A DNA stretch of 64,000 nt from Octopus vulgaris (GCA_951406725.2 OX597819.1:59954001-60018000); one strand, 5' to 3'. Positions 1 to 13,086 are shown, counted from the stretch's first letter. The notes: generated by a model not told the origin, from the letters alone. Numbers and translations: made by a program.

Positions 1-429
1 TCATAGTCGGGCCGATGCCAATGTTACATAACTGGCACATAAAAAACACCTTTCAAATGTTGGGTGATATGCTGTGCTTGAGAAAACCTGTCAAGCCAAG
101 TGAAATCGTAGTCATAGCTGATGCCAGTGCCATCTGACTGGCACCTGTGCCAGTGGCATGTCAAAAGCACCGTTTGAGCATTGGGCCTTTGACTAAAATT
201 CTTCAAGGCGGTGCCCCAGCATGGCCACAGTCTAATGACTGAAACAAATAAAGGGTGAACGATAAAATACATATGTATGACAAACTTCTATACAGCTTTG
301 ATCTACCGAATTATATTCACAAGACATTGTATAACACAAGGCTATAGTAGAAGCCTGTTGCCCGAGGTTTTATACTGCGGAACTGAGCAAAGAACCATGT
401 AGCTGCAAAACGAAATTCATAACTATATA

Positions 430-795
430 GGCACAGGCGTGGCTGTATGGTAAGACATGGTTCCAGGTTCAGTCCTACTACATGGCACCTTGGCCAGGTG
501 TCTTCTACTATAGCTCTGGGCTGACCAAAGCCCTGTGAGTGGATTTAGTAGATGTGTGTGTGTGCATGAGTGTATGTGTGTGTCTGTGTGTGTGTATTTG
601 TCCTCCTACTATCGCTTGACAACTGATGTTGGTGTGTTTATGTTTCCGTAACTTAGTGGCTCGGCAAAAGAGATGGATAGAATAAGTACTAGGCTTACAA
701 AGAATAAGTCCTGGGATCGATTTGTTTGACTAAAGGCAGTGCTCCAGCATGGCCACAGTCAAATGACTGAAACGAGTAAAAGAATAAAAGAATAC
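430..795 (+). mobile_element. tRNA-derived CORE-type SINE, family S1 (head + microsatellite + tail 1)
   Basis: Head ggcacaggcgtggctgtatggtaag...ggttcagtcc (A/B-box-like), CORE-like ggcaccttggccaggtgtctt, central (TG)n, tail ending gactgaaacgagtaaaaga; more than 10 copies in the window. It probably corresponds to one of the described octopus OR/OK SINEs, but I cannot assign the name. Confidence 0.85.
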
Positions 796-936
796 AGCCA
801 TGCCTATGCCTCTTAGTTTTTCCTCAATTATCTTTTCCACGACTCCCCTTTTCATCTTCTACAATGACCTTAGTCAGTGCTTATCTTTTACTAGCAACAG
901 AAACATTCACCTTCCCTTGTTCTTCAGAATTTACAC

Positions 937-1084
937 CAGTTGTGGGCAACTTGCAGCCTATTAGACTTTTTGAATAATAAGCCTAAATGAAAACCTACTG
1001 GAATTTTTTTCAGTTGTGCGACCTGCCTTATGATGAGCCATGTCTCATGTGGCCTGTCTCTCACAAAATGTTGCCCATCCCCTG
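937..1084. mobile_element. hAT-type MITE
   Basis: Ends cagttgtgggcaac / gttgcccatccctg form imperfect TIRs; flanking 8-mers atttacac / ttttacac act as the TSD. Confidence 0.7.
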
Positions 1085-1296
1085 TTTTACACTCTAGCCT
1101 GCCTACTTTATATATATATATATATATATGCTCAAGGTACCACAGTGTGGGACTGAACCCAAAGCCCTGTAATTTACAAACATTTGAAAGTAAACCACAT
1201 GATTGGATTGTTAGCAGACATCATATCCTCCCAACAATAAGGCATTTAACCATAATATTCAAGAATAATAGTTTGGTGATGTTTAACAATATAAGT

Positions 1297-1740
1297 ATCA
1301 TCATCATCATCATCATTTAATGTCTGTTGTCCATGCTGACATGGTCGGATGGTTTGGCCAGAGGTGGCAAGCTGCACCAGACTCCAGTCTGATTTGGCAT
1401 GGTTTCTCTGGCTGGAGGCTCTTCCTAATGCTAACCGCTTTGCAGAGTGTGCTGGGTGCTTTTACGTGACACCACATGGGTCCTTTTACATAGCACCACA
1501 TGGGTGATTTTATGTGGCACTGCATGAATGTTTTTACATGGTGCCACATGGTCACTTTTATTTGGCGTCACACGGGTGCTTTTACGTGGCACCGCCACAA
1601 ATGCTTTACAACATCAGTAGGATTGGTCTCAACATTTCTGCTGTGGAATATGGGTCTTCTTGAGTATGGCAAAGCGCCAGGCAGCTCAGTCTTTTGTCAT
1701 CTCGCCTGAAAGTTTCAGTGCCCTGAAGTTGTTCTTCAGT
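1297..1740 (-). mobile_element. Old RTE LINE 3' fragment
   Basis: (CAT)n tail plus diverged match to the 3' UTR of the RTE at 55506-58801. Confidence 0.75.
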
Positions 1741-1782
1741 AGAAGTTGTATTTAATTCAGGCAAAAACTGAAAATTTTTTTC

Positions 1783-2300
1783 TGAGGGACTGGGGAGAGG
1801 ACTTTTGGAAAATTCATACGATCTGATTTTTTTCCTCATAACTTATAGGAAAATGGATATCTTTTAACGAAATCTTATGTAAATACCTTTCAAACGGCAT
1901 AGATTACTATTATAAAGAAATTTGTGGGGAAATTTTTTCCGAGGGGGTGAGGAGAAAACTTTCAAAGAGAAAGAAATTCATAAATTATTTTTTTGCTTGA
2001 GTGTAATGGAAGTAAGTTTAAATTCATTTATTTTTCGTTTGAGTAATAGAAAAAGGTTTTAAAAAAGATCCCATGTATCATGGTGAGAGAAAGAAATATT
2101 TATGAATTTCTTTCTCTTGGAAAGTCCTCTCCCCACCCCATCTGAAAAATTTTCTCCATAAATTTCTTTATAATCGTAATCTTCGCCTCTTGAAAGGTAT
2201 TTATATAAAATTTCATTAAAATATATCAATTTTCCTAAAAGTTATGAGGGAAAAAATCGGATAGTGTGAATTTTCCGAAAGTTCCTTCTCCACCCCTCCG
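1783..2300. repeat. Long inverted repeat / foldback element (about 200-bp arms)
   Basis: 1783-1986 is the diverged reverse complement of 2097-2300 (e.g. gagaaagaaattcataaat / atttatgaatttctttctc); spacer about 110 bp. Confidence 0.85.
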
Positions 2301-2675
2301 GTTCATTGGCGCAAATTTTTCTTTTCATATTCGTATAATACACATTTTTATTTACACCTATTACCCTCTATCCTATGTTTTGGTGGCCAGGTGTTAAAGT
2401 AAACATTAAATTTATTTGTTTTTACATCGCAACTAAATTTCTGAGAAAACGAATTGTTCGACAATTCAAGGAAAAAGGGTAATAACCAATCAGAGATGCT
2501 CTTTCATACGGTATAACGGAAACGATAACTGATTAAATGGCAGTGTAAGTCTACAATTTGCACGGAGTAGTGTACAGTTTGTTTTGCTACTCTTCCAAAC
2601 CTTACTGAATTAATTTCTTTGCTTATCATCAGTTCCCATCAACCGAACATTATTTCTGCAATCACTAAACAAAAG
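2300..2675 (+). promoter_or_regulatory. Putative promoter and non-coding first exon of the ACSL gene
   Basis: Start of a repeat-poor, relatively CpG-rich stretch; CCAAT at 2486-2490 (aaccaatcag), reverse CCAAT near 2305, Inr-like TCAGTT at 2629-2634, consensus donor AAG|GTAAGT at 2675/2676. The link to the ATG exon is inferred. Confidence 0.5.
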
Positions 2676-5404
2676 GTAAGTAAATGATTCTAGTTAATAT
2701 TTTGGTTTCTGTGATGCCGATGTCGGCTGTTCTCTCTCGTGTTGCTGTTGCTTCGACTCAGTCTCCGATGGTTTCTGGAAAATTTAAAATGAAAATACTG
2801 TCCTTAAACTCATTTTATTCTCTCTGTTTTTCGTTTTTTTCAATTACGTCTTTTCTTTTTTTTCATCTATTTTTTTAGTACCTATTTTAATAGTGTTCGA
2901 GTAAACAGTAGATCAAAACATTGAGTATTAAATAGTACTTAGTTCGTTCATTTCATAACAATCGTTTTTTTTTTTTAAAGGAGGAATTATATTTATCCAT
3001 TGTATTGAAAGATATGTAAATGAAAAACAATATAATTAATTTTTAGTGGTATTACGACTGTCATTGCTTCTTATTTTCACAATCCGTTCCCATACTCTAC
3101 TAAGGCAGTTTCACTCATGTAAGTGAAACAATTCACCACATTTGCATTAGTATTCATCCTCTCATTATTATAACTATGAATTGTTTTCTTGTAAACGAAA
3201 GTAGAAGTAAAATGCATGATTGCGACTATATTTATTCTCTACCTTTTCAAAAATTGCTGTTGTGCATAAATAAATAATTATAATTTTCAGTAGTGTCCGA
3301 TTTTTATTGAAGTAATCTTATAACCTCCACTCGTGTTAAAAATATTACATTATCCTAATCTTTTTTTTTTTTTATTAACAGAATCTTAATATAAGATCGC
3401 TAAAAGCTCAAATTTCTGCTGACGTTGAATTTTAGATTTTTTTTCCTTTCTAAAATGAAGTACTTAGATAACAAACAATTATTACGATTGTCTAATTACA
3501 GTACATCAAGGTTTCCTAATGATGACTTTTAAAGATACATTATGTTAAATATTGCGACACAAGTCTTATATTCACAGCAAACAAACCGAAATAACCTTTA
3601 CACAATTATTATCGCCTGATCCGTCCTTCCTTTTTATTATGTTTCTGAGGGACCCCTAATAGAAATATTTGCCGGTTTCTGTGTTCTTCACTGTTTTTTA
3701 TTTTAAGTTTTGTATCTGCTGTTTCCATGACATTTACATCTCAAATAGCAATTATCTTCACTGCTATTTACGAACTTACTGTTAATCGCGATGGCGATAT
3801 TGTTCTGGGCTTGTGTCTATTTTGCAATAGAGGAACTGATCCTTGATAAATTTTAGACTATTTTACTAAATTCTCTGTATCTTCTTTTATTCTATCATTT
3901 ATTTAACCGTACATTTTGGTCATGACGTACACGGGTACATGCATTGTTGTATGGTTAACAAGTTCGCTTTACGATTACTAAGCTTCAGGTTAGGGTCGTT
4001 TTATCAGAATTATAGGCTCCCGTGTAAAGCAATGCACGGAGGCCCCTTACATACACAACTGCATAAATAGATTAGCATTGGGACCATAGGCCCGTGAGAC
4101 TCCAGGATTACTTAGTATGCTCATGCCTTTAGACGGCTCTGTTTCATTTTCGATCCCACTGCGCGGTACTTCTGGTGTCTTCTACCTTAGCTTCGGGTTA
4201 ACCCAAAGCTTTGTCAATGGTATTCGATAGGTAGACACTGTATGAAACGTAACCTTTCGTTCGAACAGTTCACCTTAGACTGGTGGAATTGATATTATTG
4301 TGGTAACAGCTGGAATGCCTTTCATCATGGTTTTACTTGAACCGAGTTGACTTACTTGTAGCAGAACTGCCACGCCCTTCTTATATACATTCTCTCTATG
4401 CTATTCGAGTAACCCTATTAAAAATATTCCATGATCATCATCGTCTATGTATGTATGCATATATGTATGTATTTATATACATTACCAAAGATGCATCCTT
4501 CTTTATTGAAAACGGTAAAGTGTGGATTAAGGGAGATTTGGCTGTTGTTTGTAGCAGGTTGAGCGTTTTGTATAGGGGTTCCCTCTCTCGTACATGTTTA
4601 TATGATGAGACAAATCAGATTTCTAATTTAGCGGTGGTAGAATAATTATTTCCACTTGACTCGAAAAGGAAAAATACATTTCCTTCTCTTTTCATAAAAT
4701 TAGCAACCGGATTTCTAGGAAAATATTGATATCCTGGTACTCTCACTTAATCCATTTACAACTTTATAGCACCGCCCTCATAATAAATTCCTGTTGATGT
4801 AGATGCTAGAATCTGATATAATGAAAGTTTATATTGCTTGGAAATGAAAATTGCTTTAAAATCCTGTTTTTTGCTACTAGGGTAAATAATTTTATATATC
4901 TGTGAAAACGTCAGACTAGTCAGCTGTTAGATGAAATATTGGATTTTAGAATAACAGATTGATTCGTATATCCTTTTCCGAGAATTACTTTAAATAATAA
5001 GTGAAACTAGAGCTGGTTTTTTTCTCTTTTTTAGCAATACATTATAAACTTGAGATAATTTTTGATAGGCAAAGTATTATATTCTGTTTAAACTTTGGTA
5101 AATAGAACTAATAAAGATGTTTTACGTATAGGCTTAATGCTATGTTTAAAAGTTTCTTGCTTAGAAAACTGATTTCTTTGTTAGTTACGCAGGGTATTCA
5201 TAAACATAATTGTTACAAAATGACAAATGGTTAAACAGAAAAATTGCTCGTCAGTTAGCTAAAAGGCTTAACATTCATTGTTTTACTTCGCAACCTATTA
5301 GAAGCTTCAGAGATTAAATTAGCTTAAAATATTTTTATCAAAAGGTTTAATCGTTACTAAAAAAAAGAGAAAAAAAAACCCTCCCGAAATATAAATTGTT
5401 TGAA

Positions 5405-6015
5405 AGGGGTGGTTAAGAAGTTTGCTTTGCAACCATGCCATTTCGGGTTCAGTCCTATTGTGTGGCGACTTGGGCAAGTGCTTTCTTATTTCTTTACTGC
5501 CCACAAGGGGCTACACACAGAGGGGACAAACAAGGACAGACAAACGGATTAAGTCGATTATATCGACCACAGTGCGTAACTGGTACTTATTTAATCGACC
5601 CCGAAAGGATGAAAGGCAAAGTCGACCTCAGCGGAATTTGAACTCAGAATGTAGCAGCAGACGAAATACTGCTAGATGGGCAAGTGCTTTCTACTATGGC
5701 TCTGGACTAACCAATCCCTTGTGAATTAATTTGGTAGACAGGACAGAAGGACAGAAACTATATGAAAGCTTGTGTGTGTATGTGTATATATATATATGTA
5801 TGTGTGTGTGTGTGTTTGCATGTCAGTATTTGTCCTCATCCACTGCTTGACAATTGATATTCATTTGTTTACATCTCCATAACTTAGAGGTTCTACAAAA
5901 GACAATGATAGAATGAGTACCAGACTTCAAAATAAGTACAGGAGTCGATTTGTTTGACTAAACCCTTCAAGGTGGTACCCCAGCATGGCCACAGTCGAGT
6001 GACAAGTAAAAGTAA
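5405..6015 (+). mobile_element. S1 SINE interrupted by an S2 SINE
   Basis: S1 head and tail are collinear with 430-795 on either side of the insert. Confidence 0.8.
5487..5676 (-). mobile_element. SINE family S2 (5'-truncated) with 16-bp TSD
   Basis: Reverse complement of the S2 body (gcctttcatcctttcggggtcgat...); TSD tgggcaagtgctttct at 5471-5486 and 5677-5692. Confidence 0.9.
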
Positions 6016-7142
6016 AAATTGAGTTTTAGACTGTAGTCGAATAAATTCTATATCCTAGAAGAAAAATCAAAGGAATGAAATAGTTTGTATCTAACAACTG
6101 TTGAAGATAACGGCATAATACTAATAAAAAAATAATTTTTTAGATAGACTTCATTCCTTTTCCTGTCCATTGTCTTTGAGTTGATGTTGCCACTTTAACC
6201 CAATATATTTTCCAGGTCTTACTTCATTTGTAGGCACCTTTTGCTACATCCATACCAACATAGTTGACACTATAGCAGTCAAATCTCCCTCAAATTATGC
6301 CCTTACCATCTTTACAAAAAAAGGAAGGAGCATATGTATCCAAATTAATGTTATCTTGGGTATATTGTAGCTTAAAAAGGGAAGATCACAGGTTGAATAC
6401 ATTTGATTATAGGTTTGCTCACTCAATGCTGAATGAGGAGCTGAACAACAACCACAACAAGCAGCAATGTTCTTTGTTATTCTCTTAGCTCGTTCACGCA
6501 ATTAAGTTTTCTCATAGATTAAAATTAAATATTCAGCAGTCACTTCATACTTAATATTACATATTCGTCAGTCATACTCCACTTGCTTTTCGCCTCTGAT
6601 TCTGTACATTTCCCATATATCACCACCATTATGCTTCTTACAAAGCCTCAAATAGTATATTAGTCACAGTAAAAGAAAAACCCTTTGTTTTCAGTAGAAG
6701 TATATACAGTCCCCTAACCTTATCTGCCTCTCTCAAATTCTAGTTATGCTGCTACAGCTAACTTGATTTTCAGCACTGAACATATCATGAAATTAACTGA
6801 AATTGAGAAATATTTGAAATATTGGCTTTGTATAATATGCTATATATAATACATCAGAATTCTGTATAAGTAGTGAGTCTAAAATTCTTTTTGTTTTTCA
6901 TCTTTTATATTTCTTAAAAGAAACCAGTTTTAAAATTTGTTGCATTTTGAAAGATAACAAAAGATTAATATATTTTATGAAAGGACTAAAAACTTATTCG
7001 GTAATTTTATAATTTCTGTTTTGGATATATATTTGCAAGCAATTTTATTTATTAACATCTCAACCCCACACAACATCTCAACCTCACGCAAGTATGTACA
7101 GATAAAATGTATCTACTGCACTCTGTAAAATGTGCAGTGCAA

Positions 7143-7465
7143 AGGTGCAGAAGTTATTGGTTAGGGTAAATCAGCTGACAATCATAAGGCTGTGAGTACA
7201 AATCCTAGTGGCATGTTGCATGTCTTGAGCAAAACAATTTATTTCACATTGCTCCAGTCCACTTAGCTGGCAAAAATGAGTAGTACCTGTACTTCAAAGG
7301 GCCAGCCTTGTCACACTCTGTGTCATGCTGAATCTCTCTGAGAACTACATTAAGGGAATGCATGTCTGTAGAGTGCTCAGCCATTTGCACATTAATTTCA
7401 CGAGCAGTCTGTTCCACTGATTGGATCAGCTGGAACTCTCATCGTCGCAACTGACAGAGTGCCAG
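7143..7465 (+). mobile_element. SINE family S3 (tRNA/CORE head, body a)
   Basis: Head with gtcttgagcaaaacaatttatttcacattgctccagtccac; same body at 42445-42770 (-) and 46790-47095 (+). Confidence 0.8.
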
Positions 7466-8005
7466 TATTTTCCAAGTGTGGAGTTGAGAGGATCTTTTAG
7501 CCCCTGTTGAGGACACAGCCACCTTTCAAGTGGTGGTGCTATGAAAAAACACACCCAGTACACTCTGTAAAGTGGTTAGTATTAGGAAGGGCATCCAGCT
7601 GTAGAAACTAAACCAAACATAAATGCATGGTTGGGATGTGGTCCTCAAACTTACCTGGGAGAGCTGTAACTCCAAATATAAACTGATGACCCTGTCCAAC
7701 CATACCAGCATGGAAAATGATCATAAAATGATGATAATGGTGATGTCCATTCCTTGACTGTTGATATATTGTGTCTAGTATCTGGTAATGTGTTTTTTGT
7801 TTTTTTTTGTTTAGAGTTTATTTGCTTAGATTTATAAATCCTTATAATTTAACTCCTTGGCACTCAGATTACTATGACAGTTGTAAAAAAATGTATTCAT
7901 TCACAATGTTTTGAATTAATCATGCATTATTCTGTAGCTTTGATATTTCTATGACATGATAGTTTATTTTTAGAATAGCATTATAATAATTTTAATAAAA
8001 ATTCA

Positions 8006-8237
8006 TTAACCCTTCTGTAACCACATTGGTGATGAAATATACTGTATATATTTTTAAAAAATTAAATTTCTATTAAGAATTTTGAGGGGTTTAGTAAAAT
8101 ATCCTCTTATTATGATAATATTTAGAACATTACATCATATCCCTAGATAAAATTATGATACGCAATTTAAAAAAAATACTGAATGGTTTTGTATTTTAGA
8201 GCCAGAGTTAGTCTTAGGTTGGTATCGAAAGGGTTAA
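8006..8237. mobile_element. TTAA-flanked (piggyBac-like) MITE, family B
   Basis: ttaacccttc...gaaagggttaa; inverted homolog at 53124-53353. Confidence 0.7.
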
Positions 8238-8310
8238 ATAGTTTCTGCTTGTGAAAACAGTTGATGAAAGTGAAATACTGTGTATATCTTTTTGACTATA
8301 TGGTTTAGAA

Positions 8311-8641
8311 CAGGGTTGGCCAATCTGAGGCCCACGGGCTGCATACGGCCTGCTGACTTTTATCTCGCAGCCCGCTTGATACTTTCTTAAAATGGGTTTA
8401 TTTAAACAAAGATTTTAAAAATTTTATCAAAAATTAAATATTGTAATGAAAAGTAAAAAAGAAAAATACTACTGTTTTTGCAATGATAATATTTTGTGTT
8501 GAATCAACAGGAATTCATTCATTATTGTAATAATAGCATGAGAAAGCAAAATGCTTTCAATTCTGTCAGTATACAAGCGACCCTTAAAAACCTTTCTGTG
8601 ATTAAAGTGGCTGGCAATGTAATTCGAGTGGGCCAGGCTTG
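8311..8641. mobile_element. hAT-type MITE
   Basis: cagggttggcc / ggccaggcttg ends; 8-bp TSD gtttagaa at 8303-8310 and 8642-8649. Confidence 0.75.
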
Positions 8642-9289
8642 GTTTAGAACATTGGTTCTCGGCAGAGGCCCATATGATAATTTTTGTGGGTCCACACGAG
8701 CAAAATAGTAAATTGGAGACCCACAGTAGTATTTTTAAAGGTCCCTGAAAAAATTTCCCTTTACATGTATTTATTGCAAGAAATGGGTTTCTTTCTCTAA
8801 CATTATACTATTTCAACTTACACAAGTTAATGTGTGAAAAAACAAAATTATCTATAAAAGTAGATTTGAATCATTGATGATGGTGTTACAGGGGTAATGT
8901 GGCCGATGCCAGTGTCATGCAACTAGCACCCGTGCTGGGTCTCATGGAGGCAATGACAAATGACAGACCTTTGGCAATATGCTGTACTTGAGAAGAAAAC
9001 CCATCAAGCCAAGTGAATTGTAGTCATGGCATATTTGTGTCATGCAACTGGGACCCATTACATCCAGCTGTAGAAACCATGCCAAATCAGATTGGAGTCT
9101 GGCACAGCTCCTCATCTTACCAGCCATGGTCAAACCATCTAACCCATTGGTTTAGTTAACCTTGCCAGTGGGTAGAGCACCCTATGTGTTTTGTTAGCTT
9201 GTGGTGCTGAGCAGAATTCTTCCCATATGTTATTGGAGCTACGAGAAGCAGTGTAATATAGTAAGGATGAGCATTTAATTAGTTGAATC

Positions 9290-9519
9290 CAGGGCTGTGG
9301 AGTCAGAAACAATTAAGGGGCAGCTGAAGTTGGAGTCGGTAAAACTATACCGACTCACAATATCTTTAATATAAACCAGTTATAACATAGAGGCCAACTC
9401 AAAGTACAAGCGTATGCATGTGCCTTATGAGATGTCACTTAATTACAGAAAGAGGAGTTGGAGTCGGAGGTGCCAATAGTAGAAGAGTTGAAGTTTTTTT
9501 TTTTGACTCCACAGCCCTG
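9290..9519. mobile_element. hAT-type MITE
   Basis: Perfect TIR cagggctgtggagtca; TSD gttgaatc / gttgaatt. Confidence 0.9.
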
Positions 9520-10794
9520 GTTGAATTTACCATCTACTTTGAATTTTTATCTGGAGCCATATCATCTTGCATTAATTAAAACCTTTGAGAATAATTCAAG
9601 CATTGCAAATTTTGTCCCTCAAACTAGAAACCTTGGGTTTCACAACTATGAAGACATAAAACTATGTTAATATATCCTCTTCCTCTAGAGAAGTTATGAC
9701 ATTATGGTAAACAGCATTCAAAACTTAATATGTTAATAACATTAGATGGTTCCAGTAGAGAAACAATATTATTATTTATGCAGACATTTTCAAGCATAGT
9801 TTAATTCATAGAAATACTTATCATAATTTTTGCAGTGTTTTGCATTCAGGTTTTGAGCAATAAGTACAGCTTGAAATACATTGCTAATGTCTTTGGGAAA
9901 GGCATACATAAACATGACTATTTCTCATCTGTGTCTGTTGAGTTTTTGTTTTAAATCAACAATAATAATGAAAGACATAAATATATTTATGAACAAATAT
10001 TGCTATAGGGAACAATAGGAGACAATTTCTCTCGGCTAGCACATGGGACCGGTAATTCAGCTATGTGTATTTTTAGTGTATGCTGGAGAGGAGTAGGGGA
10101 AAGAATGATTTTATATATATTTATATACATATAAAGGGAGATGAGGAGGGGAAATAAAGAAAAGAAGCCCTATTTTTATTTCTTTCTTTACCCATGTTAT
10201 CTAGCAGTTTCAGGTTTTGCCCAGCCATATGCAATTGATATTGTTGCATAAAAGTATAAAGCACGAGCACATGTGAGTGTGTGCATGCACACACACACAT
10301 ACACACACACATATATATTTGTCAAGCCAAAACCTTCAATCTTCTAACTTAAATTTAAAGCTACTTGTTCTATTTTGCATTAGATCTTTTTTTTTTTTTT
10401 TCACCTATTTGAAACACGGCCAAACGTGGCAGATAGGCTTGACTAACCTGCATCAGTGTGAGTAGTGAACTTGTGTTATTGAATAATAAATATTAGATCA
10501 ATGAAAAGAGGAAGGGGAGAGTAAATCAATGAAAGCGAACACAATAAGAATTACGTATGTATGGAATTAAACCTGAAGATACACAACTGTGTATAGTTTG
10601 ATAATGATATTCGTTCCTTTTCTCAGTAGGTACAAGGCCAGGATTTTGTAGTGTAGGGCTTAAATTGACTGAAAGAACTTCAGTTTATAATGGGTGAGAA
10701 ACAGATTTGACCTTGTCAGTGTTTGAAACTGGAACTAAAAGAGACAGAACACCATTTTAGGTTTAATGACGATGATAATAATAATAATAACAAT

Positions 10795-11996
10795 CCTTTC
10801 TACTAAAGGCACAATGTCTGAAATTTAGGGAGAGAAGGGCTAGTTGATTATATCAACCCTCAGTACTTAACTGGTATCTATTTCATCGACCCAGAAAGGA
10901 TGAAAGGCAAAGTTAACCTCGGTGGAATTTGAACTCTGAATGTTAAAAAGGATGAAATGCTGTTAAGTATTTTGCCTGGCATGCTATCAATTCTGCCAGT
11001 TTAACACTTTAATAATAATAATAATAATCCTTTCTACTAAAGGCACAAAGCCTGCAATTTTGGGGGTAGGTACTTGTCGATTACATCTATCTCCCCCCAC
11101 CCTGTGTTTCACTGGTACTTAATTTATCGACCCTGAAAGGATGAAAGGCAAAGTCAACCTCGGTGGAATCTGAATAATAATAATAATGATAAAAATAATA
11201 TTAATTAATAATAATAATCTTTTCTAGTCAAGGCATAAGGCCTGAAATTTTTAGGGAGGGGTCTAGTCGATTAGATTGATCTCAGTGTGCAACTGGTACT
11301 TAATTTTATCACCCCCCCCTCCCCAAAGGATGAAAGGTAAAGTTGACCTTGGTGGAATTTGAACTCAGAACATAGCAACAGATGAAATACTGCTAAGCAT
11401 TTTACCCCATCTGCTTATGATTCTGCCAGCTCGCCTCCCCCTTAATAATAATATTAATAATAATAATAATAATAACTTGAATGTGGAGTCTAAAAACAGA
11501 AACAATTCCTATCATAATAGGCGCATTAGGTATGATAAAAAAATATTCAGACAAATACATAAACAAAAACACCAAGACTAACAAGTATGTATGACATACA
11601 GAAAATAGTACTACTAGACACCGCACACATCCTACGCAAAGCACTTTCAATACAGTAACAATAAGAGTATCACAACAAATCACAGCACATACCCAAGGCA
11701 CACATAGCTGTGCTTCATAGTGCAGTGAAAGCACGTGATGAAAATAAGACTACTGAATGATGATGATGATAATAATAATAATGGTTTCAAATTTCGGTAC
11801 AAGGCCAGCAATTTAGGGTGAGAGGGCAAGTTGATAGCACCAGTCCCAGTGTTCAACTGGTACTTATTTTATCAACCCTGAAAGGATGATAGCCAAAGTC
11901 AACTTTGGTGGAAGTTTAACTCCAAACATAAAGATGGACAAAATGTTGCCTAGCATTCTGCTCAGTATGTTAATGATTCAGCCAGCTCACCACCTT
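10795..11996 (-). mobile_element. Cluster of four head-to-tail S2 SINEs separated by (TAA)n
   Basis: Repeated atcgacccNgaaaggatgaaaggcaaagt blocks at about 10795-11010, 11028-11172, 11219-11443 and 11783-11996. Confidence 0.85.
11479..11760 (+). mobile_element. Dong/R4-clade non-LTR retrotransposon, 3' fragment
   Basis: Translates with one frameshift as MWSLKTETIPIIIGALGMIKK...IQKIVLLDTAHILRKALSIQ*, the typical R4/Dong C-terminus; embedded in (TAA)n, the established Dong target. Confidence 0.85.
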
Positions 11997-12162
11997 AAAT
12001 GATGATAATTTTTATTAGCCACAAGAGCAATGGATGAGGAGTAGATTAAAGAATAAATTACCATAATGGTGTGGGTTACACAGGGAATCAAGTATAAGAA
12101 TGACAAAAAAAGAAGAAAAAAAGAAAAGCATAAAAATGACAGTATATAAAGAGATTTACTTA

Positions 12163-12556
12163 GGATGCTCCTATGGGAGGATAGTCTTCTATGGGGGATG
12201 CTCCTATGGTAGGATAGTCTTCTATGGGGGATGCTCTTATGGGAGGATAGTTTTCTATAGGGGATGTTCCTATAGTAGGATAGTCTTCTATGGGGTATGC
12301 TCCTAATGGAGGATTGTCTTCTATGGGGGATGCTCCTAATGGAGGATTGTCTTCTATGGGGGATGCTCCTATGGGAGGATTGTCTTCTATGGGGGATGCT
12401 CCTATGGGAGGATAGTCTTCTATGAAGGATGCTCCTATGGGAGGATAGTCTTCTATGGGGGATGCTCCTATGTGAAGAGATTCTCTCTTTTGGGGATGCT
12501 CCTACAGGAGGATTGTCTACTATAGGGAATGCTCTTGTCAGAGCATAGTCTTCTAT
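12163..12556. repeat. 30-bp minisatellite, about 13 units
   Basis: Unit ggggatgctcctatgggaggatagtcttct(at), built from two related halves of about 15 bp. Confidence 0.95.
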
Positions 12557-12566
12557 TGTCATTTAA

Positions 12567-12826
12567 GAAGGTGCATGGCCCAGGGGTTTGGGTGTTGCAC
12601 TCATGATGGCCAGATTGTCATTTCGACTCTTGGATCAGGCAGTGTGTTGTATTCTTAAGCAAGACACTTTATTTCATGTTGCTCCAGTCCACTCAGCTGT
12701 AAATGAGCAATCTTGCAACAGACTGGCATACCGTTCAGGGGGGGGGGGGGTTGTCATCTTGGTCACTCATACATAATAGAAACAAAGTAACCACTCTTAT
12801 GAAGTGGAGGACTCAAGGCAGAACTT
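12567..12826 (+). mobile_element. S3-head SINE with V-domain-like body
   Basis: S3 head followed by cttgcaacagactggcataccgttcagggg; related body at 60003-60303. Confidence 0.65.
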
Positions 12827-13086
12827 ATGTATTCAGATTTACCTTGGCAATTACTCTCTTTCAGCTGTATTTTCTGACCTGCAAGCACCTGCAGAATGTT
12901 AGTTGATATCGTTGACTCGCACCCACCCTTGTACTTGACTGGTACTTTATTATATCAACTCCAGAGGAACAAATGGCAAAGCTTGAGCAAACATAGACTA
13001 TCTCACACCCCTTTGGCAATTAAAGTGGTCTTTATGAAAAAAGTTGTAGCCAGGCTTGCTAAAAACAACCATTGCCGAGTAAAGTA

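Noticed and set aside
430-500. tRNA genes at SINE heads
   Set aside because: A/B-box-like motifs are present, but there is no full cloverleaf and they always continue into SINE bodies.
2684-2878. 64-aa hydrophobic ORF near the putative promoter
   Set aside because: It starts just after the strong donor at 2676 and runs into T-rich intron-like sequence; no recognisable homology.
10030-10080. Twister-ribozyme-like ccggtccca on the minus strand
   Set aside because: Only a 9-nt match; the other conserved twister elements and pseudoknot pairings are not visible.
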